From: an uncultured Flavobacteriales bacterium
Lineage (GTDB): Bacteria > Bacteroidota > Bacteroidia > Flavobacteriales > BACL11
Direction: 5' to 3'
Length of the DNA stretch: 64,000 nt
Assembly (NCBI GenBank): GCA_905181635.1
Contig: CAJIYM010000005.1
Coordinates: 13,568-77,567, forward strand
Positions 1 to 9,424 of the stretch are shown here, in pieces. The translations under genes and the position numbers were made by a program. The notes below the pieces were generated by a model. The model did no database searches. It had not been told where the DNA came from and saw only the letters and a list, made by a program, of their open reading frames with translations. Positions within the stretch are counted from its first letter, which is position 1; each line of letters begins with the position of its first letter.

Positions 1-89
1 CTAGATATGACTATGGTTACTCTTACAAATATGGTTATTCTTATAACTACGGTTACGGTTACGGATATGGAAGTACTAATGAGGATTAG
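1..89 (+). CDS. 3' end of a CDS entering from upstream; Gly/Tyr-rich low-complexity tail (...RYDYGYSYKYGYSYNYGYGYGYGSTNED*)
   Basis: My own translation of frame 3 is open from the window edge to TAG at 87-89. It is absent from the ORF track because the start lies outside the window. Confidence 0.3.
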   Translation, partial: RYDYGYSYKYGYSYNYGYGYGYGSTNED

Positions 90-205
90 TCCAGTTAGGA
101 ATTAATCTTTAAGAGCATATAATTAAACAGTGAAGTTATATAAATGAAGTAATCAGAACATAATAACAATCACATTATAACTCAATTTTAAAATTAAAAA
201 TTATT

Positions 206-388
206 ATGATTGAACATTTTTTTGACTGTCCGCATTGTTGGGAGAACCAATTAAAAATGATTGATCCATCTATTGAAAAACAGAACTTCATAGAAGATTG
301 TGAAGTTTGTTGTAACCCTCTTGAGTTTGACCTTAGTATTGAAAACAACTACTTAATATTATTCTCTGTGGATCCAATAGATCAATAA
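206..388 (+). CDS. CPXCG motif-containing cysteine-rich small protein (zinc-ribbon-like)
   Basis: 60-aa ORF with CPHC (res 8-11) and IEDCEVCCNP (res 29-38), the arrangement I associate with the CPXCG family. Confidence 0.6.
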   Translation: MIEHFFDCPHCWENQLKMIDPSIEKQNFIEDCEVCCNPLEFDLSIENNYLILFSVDPIDQ

Positions 389-417
389 TAGTGGATCTTA
401 ACGTATTGATTTATTAA

Positions 418-825
418 ATGAAATATTCTATCAGTATAATTTTTATTTCAATCATGTTCGTGTTTCATGGATGTTCTAATAAAGTTTTAGTCAATTGTAC
501 AAATAATAATTATATGTCCAAAAATAATATCAATCCAGAAAATAATTATGAAAATCGAAGAGAGTTAAAAACTACACTTTCAAGATCTGATTTTGATTTA
601 TCTCATGAACAATTTGGATTAAGTTGTTCAGAATTACTGAGTGATTACTTTTACTGTAATATATGTTTTGATTCATATGAAAACAGTTTAACATCTTATG
701 ATGGCAGAAAATATAGTTTTAAAAAAATTATTTCACCTATTGAAATCACAAATGAATGTCTTAATTTAATTTCAAATATGTCAATGGGTTCAAACGAATA
801 TTCTAAATTTTTGAAGACTCAATAA
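418..825 (+). CDS. hypothetical secreted protein or lipoprotein, Cys-containing
   Basis: N-terminal hydrophobic segment ending ...VFHGC-SN (lipobox-like Cys). No family recognised. Confidence 0.4.
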   Translation: MKYSISIIFISIMFVFHGCSNKVLVNCTNNNYMSKNNINPENNYENRRELKTTLSRSDFDLSHEQFGLSCSELLSDYFYCNICFDSYENSLTSYDGRKYSFKKIISPIEITNECLNLISNMSMGSNEYSKFLKTQ

Positions 826-1009
826 TAAATTCTAAAATTAGATTTTAATGAGAGATTTTACAAAAATGGTAAGATGACAAGGCCTTTTATCTCTTATTAT
901 AAAATGGTCAATTACAAAGAGAATCTATTATTACAATAGTAACCTTAAAAATCAATTATAAAGATTTACAATTTGAGTAAGTAAGTTTTGGATCTAAATC
1001 GGTACAAAA

Positions 1010-2851
1010 TCACTCAACCGTAACGGATTTTGCTAAATTTCTTGGCATATCCACATCACAACCCCTCATCAATGCAATATGATAAGATAATAACTGCAAA
1101 GGAATATTAGTTAGTAAAGGAGATAATCCATCAAAACTATCCGGAACTTCAATGCAGTAATCTGCTAATTCTTTAACTGTTGTATCGCCCTCTGTAACAA
1201 TAGCAATTAATCTTCCTCCTCTTGCTTTTACTTCTTGAATATTACTCACCACCTTATCGTAGTTTCCTTTTTTAGTCGCAATAACTACAATTGGCATATC
1301 ATCATCAATCAAAGCAATAGGTCCGTGCTTCATTTCAGCAGCTGGGTACCCTTCCGCATGTATGTAAGATATTTCTTTTAGTTTTAAGGCCCCTTCCAAA
1401 GCAACAGGAAAATTATACCCTCTGCCTAAATACAAAAAGTTTGTTGCATTTTTAAATTTTTCTGCTATCTTCTTGATCTGATCATTTTTCTTCAGTATTT
1501 TTTCTATCTTCTTAGGAATAAGCTCAAGTTCGGTAATAATCTCATGATATTTACTCTTTGTAATCGTACCTTTTTTTTGTGCCATTTTAATTGCCATTAA
1601 AGTAAGTACTACAATCTGAGTAGTAAATGCTTTAGTCGAGGCCACACCAATTTCAGGCCCAGCATGGGTATAACTTCCAGCATGGGTTAACCTAGGAATA
1701 GAAGAGCCGACCACATTACAAATTCCTAAAAGGGTAGCTCCTTTTTCTTTTGCTAATTCTAAAGCCGCTAAAGAATCTGCTGTTTCTCCTGATTGTGAAA
1801 TAGCTAATACTACATCATTTTTATTAATAATCGGATTACGATATCTAAATTCAGAAGCGTACTCTACCTCAACAGATATTCGAGCTAAATCCTCAAATAA
1901 ATATTCTCCAATGAGTCCTGCATGCCATGAAGTACCACAAGCAACAATAATAATACGATCAGCATTTATTATCTTTTGCTCATAGTCTAAAATCCCTCCT
2001 AAAGTTATTTCTTTGGTTTTTGGGTTAATTCTTCCTCTTAAAGTATCAATTATACTTTTAGGTTGTTCAAATATTTCTTTTAACATAAAAGAAGAGAACC
2101 CTCCTTTTTCAATAGCTTCTAAACTTAGCTCAAGTTCGTGAATAAAGGGTGTTTTAGAGACATTAGCTATCGTTCTAATTTCTAAATCAGCATCTTTATT
2201 AATAAGTGCTATCTCACCATCATCAAGATAAACTACATCTCGAGTATACTCAACAATAGGGCTTGCATCAGAAGCTACAAAATACTCCCCCTCCCCTATA
2301 CCAATAACTAAAGGACTCCCTTTACGGGCAGCAATAAATTCGTTATTAACTCCTTTCTCCATAACTATAATTGCATAGGCACCAACTACCTCATTCAAAG
2401 CCAAACGAACAGCCTCAAAAAGTGATACTTGTTCATGGTTCTTAATTTCTTCAATCAAGTGCACTAACACCTCAGTATCAGTATCACTTTTAAAAGTATG
2501 CCCCTTATTTATTAATGCTTTTTTTATTGAATCATAATTTTCAATAATCCCATTATGGATTAATGATAATTTTCTATCACCTGAAAAATGAGGATGAGCA
2601 TTTTCACGATTAGGCACACCATGTGTTGCCCATCTTGTATGTCCTATAGATATAGAACCGCTAGTATCTTTTTCAGCCGCATAAGCTTCTAAATCTGAAA
2701 CCTTTCCTTTTTCTTTTAATACTGTAATTCCATCTCTGTTTCCTATGCAAACGCCAGAAGAATCATAACCTCTATATTCTAATCGCTTTAATCCTTTTAT
2801 GACAATTGGATAAGCTTGTTTACTTCCTACATAACCTACAATTCCACACAT
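1010..2851 (-). CDS. glmS: glutamine--fructose-6-phosphate aminotransferase (isomerizing)
   Basis: 613 aa with an MCGIVGY Ntn-amidotransferase start, two SIS-type segments (SQSGETADS) and the C-terminal ...LAKSVTVE. Confidence 0.97.
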   Translation of the reverse strand: MCGIVGYVGSKQAYPIVIKGLKRLEYRGYDSSGVCIGNRDGITVLKEKGKVSDLEAYAAEKDTSGSISIGHTRWATHGVPNRENAHPHFSGDRKLSLIHNGIIENYDSIKKALINKGHTFKSDTDTEVLVHLIEEIKNHEQVSLFEAVRLALNEVVGAYAIIVMEKGVNNEFIAARKGSPLVIGIGEGEYFVASDASPIVEYTRDVVYLDDGEIALINKDADLEIRTIANVSKTPFIHELELSLEAIEKGGFSSFMLKEIFEQPKSIIDTLRGRINPKTKEITLGGILDYEQKIINADRIIIVACGTSWHAGLIGEYLFEDLARISVEVEYASEFRYRNPIINKNDVVLAISQSGETADSLAALELAKEKGATLLGICNVVGSSIPRLTHAGSYTHAGPEIGVASTKAFTTQIVVLTLMAIKMAQKKGTITKSKYHEIITELELIPKKIEKILKKNDQIKKIAEKFKNATNFLYLGRGYNFPVALEGALKLKEISYIHAEGYPAAEMKHGPIALIDDDMPIVVIATKKGNYDKVVSNIQEVKARGGRLIAIVTEGDTTVKELADYCIEVPDSFDGLSPLLTNIPLQLLSYHIALMRGCDVDMPRNLAKSVTVE

Positions 2852-2922
2852 ATATAAATATCTTTAGTAACAAATAAAGCTAAACGCCATATCAAAACTG
2901 ATACAAAGCTGATACATTTACT

Positions 2923-4134
2923 TTATAATTTTGAATAATTAATAGTTAGTTTTATATCTTCACTAAGGATAGTTCTATTTGCATTCACAGCTGCACCAGC
3001 AGGTAATAAATACAAATCGTTTGTATAAGTATCATTATTCAACAGCTGATAAAAATAGCGAGTAATATTGAATTCGTACTTATCATTATCTAACCTACCC
3101 CCGAAATGAGTTTCACCTTCAACTGTATAATCAGTTAAAAACACATTATCTCCCTGTTCATTTACACGAACTAAAAATAACTTTTCGTGTGCAGCATGTT
3201 CACTCTGAGAACCTTCTTGAACATCAAAAATCATAGTTACTTTATTGATTGCTTTTCCTTGTAAAATTGATTTAATAGAATCAGTATTATTCACTCCAAT
3301 TTTTACTTTATAGCCTGCCATTGACTGGATATAAACTTTATCTTCTTCTTGATTTAAGTTAGCTAATAATTTAGGGTTAAAAAGGTTTATTCTAGCTGCA
3401 TCGCCTCCTAATTCAAAGTCTAAAGACAAAGTATCTGTCCCGCTTTCATCATTGTGATAATAGATTTTTAGAAATGAATTTGATCCCGAAGGGCTTAAAT
3501 ATAGCATTGTGTTTTGTCCACTTGCAACAACGCTAATTCCTTTAAAATTTTCTAAGAAAGTTTCATTGTCTTTTAACCCCTCATTCTCTAAATTTAAAAC
3601 ATCTTGACCGAAATCATTACTTAACTTTATACGCAATGTAGGGCTCTCATTTGAATTTTGAGAAACTGAAAATGATTCAACATATTGCATCCCGCCAGAA
3701 ACAGGTATTGTATAGGACGTGGAATAATAGATTGAATCTTTATAAATATCGTCTTGAAGAACTAAGACGTCTAAGCTAGTAAAGTCTTCTAAATCTCCGT
3801 AATAACCAGAATAAGTATAAGATAATTCAACTGAATCAACAGTTGGATTAGTTCCAAGATCAGTGTTGTTCTCTGTTAATAGGATTTGAGTATAAAAGCC
3901 AGCATTATTAAAACCAAATTCTGAATCATCTATCCCACCTAAAATTAAATTAAGTGCTTCATCTGTACGCAAAGAATCCTCAGATTCTGTAACTGAACTT
4001 ATGCCCTCAAAACTAGCAGAGCTTATTATTATATTGTCTGATGTTGGCTGTACTTCAAGACCAATTGTGTTTGGGTCAGTACAAGATGCTGCTATTAAAC
4101 CTAAAATTAGGCTTAATGATATGATTCTATTCAT
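2923..4134 (-). CDS. DUF4270-family lipoprotein
   Basis: Signal peptide ending in a lipobox (LIAASC). Size and position directly downstream of the short GlgA-like gene (3-nt gap) match the Flavobacteriia arrangement. The family call is from memory, not an alignment. Confidence 0.55.
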   Translation of the reverse strand: MNRIISLSLILGLIAASCTDPNTIGLEVQPTSDNIIISSASFEGISSVTESEDSLRTDEALNLILGGIDDSEFGFNNAGFYTQILLTENNTDLGTNPTVDSVELSYTYSGYYGDLEDFTSLDVLVLQDDIYKDSIYYSTSYTIPVSGGMQYVESFSVSQNSNESPTLRIKLSNDFGQDVLNLENEGLKDNETFLENFKGISVVASGQNTMLYLSPSGSNSFLKIYYHNDESGTDTLSLDFELGGDAARINLFNPKLLANLNQEEDKVYIQSMAGYKVKIGVNNTDSIKSILQGKAINKVTMIFDVQEGSQSEHAAHEKLFLVRVNEQGDNVFLTDYTVEGETHFGGRLDNDKYEFNITRYFYQLLNNDTYTNDLYLLPAGAAVNANRTILSEDIKLTINYSKL

Positions 4135-4137
4135 TTG

Positions 4138-4971
4138 TTAGTTTTCTATAGTGGCTACTTCCTCCTCTTCAATAAATTGCTCGTAAAAATCTTGGTAAGC
4201 GTCAATATAATCTTCCGCCCCAGGATATTCCATGAACGGCTTTTCTGAAGTTTTAATATAATCTAACACCTCTTTTTCAATATCTGCACTTGCCTGCACA
4301 ACTGCATCAGCATAATCAATAGCATGTTTATGCAAATTATTTATGTTTGATTCTTGCAACATAGCTACATCCTTTTCTTCTAAATTTTCAAATAATAACT
4401 TGTCAGTTATAGTCGTACTCAACACGCCATCATAGTTATTATCGAATACAGAGTAAATTACTTTTACATCCTCAAAGAGAGGATCGCCAGCATATAATTT
4501 CTTGATGTACATTGGTACTAATGAAGTGAACCAACCTTGACAATGGATAACATCAGGCTTCCAACCTAACTTACGTACAGTTTCAATTACTCCCTTACAA
4601 TAGAAGATCATACGCTCATCATTATTAGACATAAAACTCCCATCCTCATTATTAAACATATGTTTAGTGAGGAAATATTCATCATTGTCAATAAAGTAAA
4701 CCTGCATTCTCAATTTTTGAATTGATGCTACTTTAATAATTAGCTGATGATCAAAATCGTCAATAATTAAGTTCATGCCTGAAAGTCGAATTACTTCATG
4801 AAGCTGATGCCTCCTTTCATTAATGGTTCCAAACTTAGGAAGAAACATTCTAATATCCTTTCCTCTCTCTTGCGTCTTTTGTGGAAGCAGACTAGCCACC
4901 TCACCCATTGTTGTTTCCCCTGTGTAAGGAACTATTTCTTGTGAAACATACAATACTCTCTTCTTTCCCAT
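4138..4971 (-). CDS. glycogen/starch synthase-like protein, short form (N-terminal domain only)
   Basis: 277 aa with KRVLYVSQEIVPY... and ...PDVIHCQGWFTSLVP, resembling the GlgA N-domain. It is divergent from panC. Confidence 0.7.
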   Translation of the reverse strand: MGKKRVLYVSQEIVPYTGETTMGEVASLLPQKTQERGKDIRMFLPKFGTINERRHQLHEVIRLSGMNLIIDDFDHQLIIKVASIQKLRMQVYFIDNDEYFLTKHMFNNEDGSFMSNNDERMIFYCKGVIETVRKLGWKPDVIHCQGWFTSLVPMYIKKLYAGDPLFEDVKVIYSVFDNNYDGVLSTTITDKLLFENLEEKDVAMLQESNINNLHKHAIDYADAVVQASADIEKEVLDYIKTSEKPFMEYPGAEDYIDAYQDFYEQFIEEEEVATIEN

Positions 4972-4990
4972 TGATAAAATTATTAGTATG

Positions 4991-4998
4991 CAAAAATA
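4991..4998 (-). promoter_or_regulatory. Bacteroidota -7 promoter box TATTTTTG, 19 nt upstream of the GlgA-like ATG
   Basis: Exact match to TAnnTTTG on the coding strand of the downstream gene. Confidence 0.45.
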
Positions 4999-5032
4999 TA
5001 GAAAAAAAAGCTAAACATCAAAGCTTTTCACT

Positions 5033-5040
5033 TAGTTTTG
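5033..5040 (+). promoter_or_regulatory. Bacteroidota -7 promoter box TAGTTTTG, 31 nt upstream of panC
   Basis: Exact match to TAnnTTTG. Confidence 0.45.
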
Positions 5041-5071
5041 TCGCTTTAAAGAACAATTTTACTACAGATAA

Positions 5072-5908
5072 ATGTTTATTTTTAAATCAAAAGAAGAATT
5101 ACAAAAGCATTTAGCTGCTTTTGGTAACGAGAAAACAATAGGCTTTACACCTACAATGGGGGCTTTACATCTAGGGCATATGCATTTGATTGAACAATCA
5201 AATCTAAAATGTGATATTAGCATTTGTAGTATTTTTGTAAATCCTACACAATTCAATAACCCTAATGATCTAGCAAAATACCCAAACACATTAACTACTG
5301 ATTTAGAGATGTTAGTGAAAGTAAAATGTGATATTGTATATAATCCTCCCGTTAATGATTTATATGCCAAAGGAGAAACAGCTAAATCATATGATTTTGG
5401 TTCACTAACAACTGGCCTTGAGGGTAAATTTAGACCCGGACATTTTAATGGAATGGCAACTATTATAGAGAAATTACTTAATATTATAAAACCTACAATA
5501 GCGTTTTTTGGACAAAAAGACTTACAGCAATTGTACATAGTTAAGGATCTAGCCGAGCAGATGCAGTCAAACACTTTAATAGAAGGAGTTGAGACAGTGA
5601 GAGGAAAGAGTGGCTTAGCAAAAAGCTCAAGAAATAAACTTCTTTCAGAGAGCGCCAAAAAAGAAGCTAGTCTCATTTATAATTGCCTTAATTATTGTAA
5701 AAATAATAAAGAAGATGGAGTAAATAAACTAAAACTTTACATACAACAAGAGTTTTTAAAACATGGAAACTTTACATTAGAATATGCTGAATTTGTAGCT
5801 CTTAACACTATGCTTCCAATTAATGATTGGGAAGGAGTAAATAAAAATGCAGTCTGTATTTCTGCTTATCACTCTGGAGTTCGTCTAATTGATAATATAA
5901 TTTTATAG
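5072..5908 (+). CDS. panC: pantoate--beta-alanine ligase
   Basis: 278 aa with the PTMGALHLGH (HxGH) and FGQKDLQQ motifs. Confidence 0.95.
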   Translation: MFIFKSKEELQKHLAAFGNEKTIGFTPTMGALHLGHMHLIEQSNLKCDISICSIFVNPTQFNNPNDLAKYPNTLTTDLEMLVKVKCDIVYNPPVNDLYAKGETAKSYDFGSLTTGLEGKFRPGHFNGMATIIEKLLNIIKPTIAFFGQKDLQQLYIVKDLAEQMQSNTLIEGVETVRGKSGLAKSSRNKLLSESAKKEASLIYNCLNYCKNNKEDGVNKLKLYIQQEFLKHGNFTLEYAEFVALNTMLPINDWEGVNKNAVCISAYHSGVRLIDNIIL

Positions 5909-5917
5909 TTTTACAAA

Positions 5918-6943
5918 GTGAATAAAAAAATTATTTTCAAAATACTAAAATACATTACTTCCTTAGTTTTTGCATTCGGTATTATTTTCTTTCTTTTTAA
6001 GAATCAAGATCCTGTACAGTTGATAAAAGAAATACAAAAGGTGGATGGAAAATGGGTGTTTTTTTCCATGTTTTTTGGCGGCTGGGCTTATGTAAGCAGA
6101 GGCTTAAGATGGATAATTCTTATTGATGCTCTTGGCTACAGCTCGACAAAATTAAATAGTGTTTCCGCTGTTTCAATTGGTTATTTTACTAATATGTTTA
6201 TTCCAAGGGCAGGTGAAGTTTCTAGATGCACAGCACTCAACCAAGTGGAAAAAATACCAGTAGACAAACTTTTTGGAACGATACTTGTTGAAAGAGTTCT
6301 AGATTTTGTTTTTCTCATATTATTAATGTTACTTATTTTCGTTTTAAAATTTAATGATCTCTTTAATTTTTATTCTACTCTAAAAGCCCAACAAACTCCA
6401 AATGGAGGAAGTGACAAGTTACTTACACTATTGGCTGTTTTTTTTATTGGCGGCATTCTCTTCGTGTTATTCAAACGGTTTCTAAAAAATTCTAAATTCT
6501 ATGAAAAGATATTAGTCTTTATTGAAGGATTAAAAGAAGGGTTTAAAAGCATTAATAATATGAAAAGAAAATCAGCTTTTTGGTTTCATTCTTTCAGTAT
6601 ATGGATTATGTATTTTTTAATGACTTATGTTTGTTTTTTTAGTATGCAAGAAACAAGCCATTTATCTGCAAGTGATGGACTATTCTTGTTGGTTTTGGGT
6701 GGAATAGGCATGGTAATTCCAACTCCAGGAGGGGTAGGTTCTTATCATGCAATTATGATGATTGGCTTATCAGTACTTGGTGTTGGCACAGTGTTTTTAG
6801 GAGAAGGAGGCGATCCATCAAACCCTGCTCTACTATTTCCAACTATAGTACATATAGCACAAACTTTAGTAGCTATTATTATGGGATCTATTGGATTACT
6901 CATTTTATTTTTATCTAAAAAAAGAAGCAATGTCACATCATAA
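5918..6943 (+). CDS. flippase-like / lysylphosphatidylglycerol-synthase transmembrane-domain protein (UPF0104-like)
   Basis: 341 aa with a GTG start and about 8 TM segments. Contains the ...SRGLRWIILI... segment typical of this family. Confidence 0.65.
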   Translation: MNKKIIFKILKYITSLVFAFGIIFFLFKNQDPVQLIKEIQKVDGKWVFFSMFFGGWAYVSRGLRWIILIDALGYSSTKLNSVSAVSIGYFTNMFIPRAGEVSRCTALNQVEKIPVDKLFGTILVERVLDFVFLILLMLLIFVLKFNDLFNFYSTLKAQQTPNGGSDKLLTLLAVFFIGGILFVLFKRFLKNSKFYEKILVFIEGLKEGFKSINNMKRKSAFWFHSFSIWIMYFLMTYVCFFSMQETSHLSASDGLFLLVLGGIGMVIPTPGGVGSYHAIMMIGLSVLGVGTVFLGEGGDPSNPALLFPTIVHIAQTLVAIIMGSIGLLILFLSKKRSNVTS

Positions 6944-7421
6944 AAATCTAAACAGTAAAATATACAATCTTGATATCTTAACTAATAAAGTAGAACAGTG
7001 GAAAAAGAGTGGTGATAAGATAGTATTTACTAATGGTTGTTTCGATATTATTCATAGAGGACACATAGAATTACTGGCAAGTACTGCCGACCTAGGTAAT
7101 AAATTAATTATTGGGCTAAACTCTGATCTATCAATACAAAAAATAAAAGGTAAAGGTCGTCCAATTATTGATGAGGATTCTAGAGCTATTTTGTTATCAG
7201 CACTCAGCTTTGTAGACGCAATTATTTTGTTTTCTGAAGATACTCCTTTAAAACTTATTAGCACTTTACTTCCTAATGTGTTAGCAAAAGGGGGTGATTA
7301 TGAAATTGAGACTATTGTAGGACACAAAATTGTTCAGCAAAATGGTGGAAAGGTAAAACTTGTTTCTTTTTTAGATGGATTTTCAAGTACTAATATAATT
7401 GAAAAAATAAAAAAATCTATA
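6930..7421 (+). CDS. rfaE2: cytidylyltransferase-family protein (RfaE domain II / heptose-1-phosphate adenylyltransferase-like); no stop codon, reads in frame into radA
   Basis: FTNGCFDIIHRGHIELL (HxGH nucleotidyltransferase motif) over a 164-aa module. The ATG at 6930 overlaps the upstream stop by 14 nt. The frame continues into 7422. Confidence 0.7.
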
Positions 7422-8780
7422 ATGGCAAAAAAGAAAATCCAATCAGCTTTTTTTTGTCAAAGTTGCGGCACACAATCACCAAAATGGCTAGGGAAATGCC
7501 CACAGTGTAACGAATGGAATACTTTTGTTGAAGAATTACTTGTTAAGGAAAGTGAAACAAAAGCAGGTTACAAAAGCAATAAAGTCAACACCCCTAATCT
7601 AGTTAGTGAAATTGACTACAGCAATGAAAAACGAATAGTCACTAAGGATAAAGAACTTAACAGAGTATTAGGCGGCGGGATTGTGCCGGGTTCTCTCGTT
7701 CTTTTAGGTGGTGATCCTGGAATAGGAAAATCAACTTTATTACTACAATTTGCATTAAGTTCAAAAAGTAAAAAGATACTTTATGTTTCAGGTGAAGAAA
7801 GTCAAAAGCAAATTAAAATGCGTGCTGAACGTATAAATAAGAATTCAGAACATTGCTATATTCTTACAGAGACATCTACACAAAACATCTTTAAACAAAT
7901 TGAACAATTACAGCCAGACATATTAGTAATTGATTCTATACAAACCTTACATACAGCTCACATTGACTCTTCTCCTGGCAGTGTTTCTCAAATAAGAGAA
8001 TGTACAGCAGAACTTATAAAATATGCCAAAGAAACTGGAACAGCCGTTTTCTTAATAGGTCATATTAATAAGGATGGAGCAATTGCAGGGCCAAAAATAT
8101 TAGAACACATGGTTGATACTGTTCTGCAATTTGAGGGAGATAGAAATCATGTATACCGAATTTTAAGAACTATTAAAAATCGATTTGGTTCAGCTTCTGA
8201 ATTAGGAGTTTATGAAATGAATCAAAATGGATTAAGAGAAGTAAATAATCCATCTGAAATACTAATCTCTGAAAGAGATGAGCCAACAAGTGGTGTGGGA
8301 ATTGCAGCTACTATTGAGGGTGCTCGTCCAATTTTAGTTGAGATACAATCTCTTGTTAGTTCAGCTGTATATGGTAATCCGCAAAGATCAGCCACAGGCT
8401 TTGACACTAAAAGGATGAATATGCTTTTAGCTGTTTTGGAAAAAAGATGTGGATTTATGCTTGGAGCAAAAGATGTTTTTTTAAATATTACTGGTGGAAT
8501 AAAAATTGATGATACAGCTATTGATTTAGCTGTAGTCTGCTCGATACTTTCTTCTGATCAAGATATTGCCCTAGATATGCTTACTTGCTTTGCAGGTGAA
8601 ATAGGATTGTCTGGAGAAATTCGAGCTGTAAATAGAATTGAAAATCGTATTGCAGAGGCTGAGAAGCTTGGCTATAAACAAATTATTATCTCTAAATATA
8701 ATAAGTTTAATGCTAAAAATTTTCACATTGAAATTATTCAATGCGGAAAGATTGAAGAAGTTTTTAGAAAACTCTTTTAA
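7422..8780 (+). CDS. radA: DNA repair protein RadA
   Basis: 452 aa from its own Met. Contains the zinc finger CQSCG...CPQCNEWNT, Walker A GGDPGIGKST, the KNRFG motif and a Lon-like C-terminal domain. Confidence 0.95.
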   Translation: MAKKKIQSAFFCQSCGTQSPKWLGKCPQCNEWNTFVEELLVKESETKAGYKSNKVNTPNLVSEIDYSNEKRIVTKDKELNRVLGGGIVPGSLVLLGGDPGIGKSTLLLQFALSSKSKKILYVSGEESQKQIKMRAERINKNSEHCYILTETSTQNIFKQIEQLQPDILVIDSIQTLHTAHIDSSPGSVSQIRECTAELIKYAKETGTAVFLIGHINKDGAIAGPKILEHMVDTVLQFEGDRNHVYRILRTIKNRFGSASELGVYEMNQNGLREVNNPSEILISERDEPTSGVGIAATIEGARPILVEIQSLVSSAVYGNPQRSATGFDTKRMNMLLAVLEKRCGFMLGAKDVFLNITGGIKIDDTAIDLAVVCSILSSDQDIALDMLTCFAGEIGLSGEIRAVNRIENRIAEAEKLGYKQIIISKYNKFNAKNFHIEIIQCGKIEEVFRKLF

Positions 8781-8957
8781 GAAATAAGAGTTGGCTTTAA
8801 CACTAATATAATTTACGAAGGAATCGGCAATATCATAAAGAACCAAACAAATAATATTCAACAGAAAACTATCTTATTGATTATAAATTATAATATTGAA
8901 TTTTACAAGAATTTAGGTGAAATTGATTTAAATAATTGTTATTAATTTTCTTAGATG

Positions 8958-9410
8958 TTATTTTAAAATTTGAGTTGTGTGATCTTTAGTTTTAACTTTT
9001 TCAATAACATCTTCTATCATTCCATTTTCATCAATAACAAAAGTAGTTCTACTTATTCCATCAAATTCTTTGCCCATAAATTTCTTAGGGCCCCATACTC
9101 CATAATCATTAAGAACCTGTTTACTCTCGTCAGAAATAAGTGGAAATGGTAAATCATGCTTTTCTATAAATTTAACATGTCTTTCTGGACTATCAGCAGA
9201 GCAGCCCAAAACCACATATCCTTTATCTAAAAGTAACTTATAATTATCTCTTAAATTACAAGATTGGACAGTACATCCTGGTGTCATATCTTTTGGATAA
9301 AAATAAAGCACTACTTTCTTTCCTTTAAATTGTTTTAATGTAATTGCATTACCATTTTGGTCTACAGAATTAATGGCCGGTGCACTATCTCCTATTTTTA
9401 AATTTTTCAT
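8958..9410 (-). CDS. bcp: thioredoxin-dependent thiol peroxidase (Bcp/PrxQ peroxiredoxin)
   Basis: 150 aa with the FYPKDMTPGCTVQSC active-site region. Confidence 0.9.
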   Translation of the reverse strand: MKNLKIGDSAPAINSVDQNGNAITLKQFKGKKVVLYFYPKDMTPGCTVQSCNLRDNYKLLLDKGYVVLGCSADSPERHVKFIEKHDLPFPLISDESKQVLNDYGVWGPKKFMGKEFDGISRTTFVIDENGMIEDVIEKVKTKDHTTQILK

Positions 9411-9424
9411 AATTTATATTTTAT

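Noticed and set aside
2852-2922. Possible glmS ribozyme or riboswitch upstream of glmS.
   Set aside because: Only 71 nt of AT-rich leader are available, with no GC-rich pseudoknot-forming segments. That is too short and too unstructured for the glmS ribozyme.
5062-5676. 204-aa ORF on the - strand.
   Set aside because: It lies entirely antisense to panC, which has strong motifs. The translation is low-complexity and Cys/Phe/Ser-rich, typical of a shadow ORF in AT-rich DNA.
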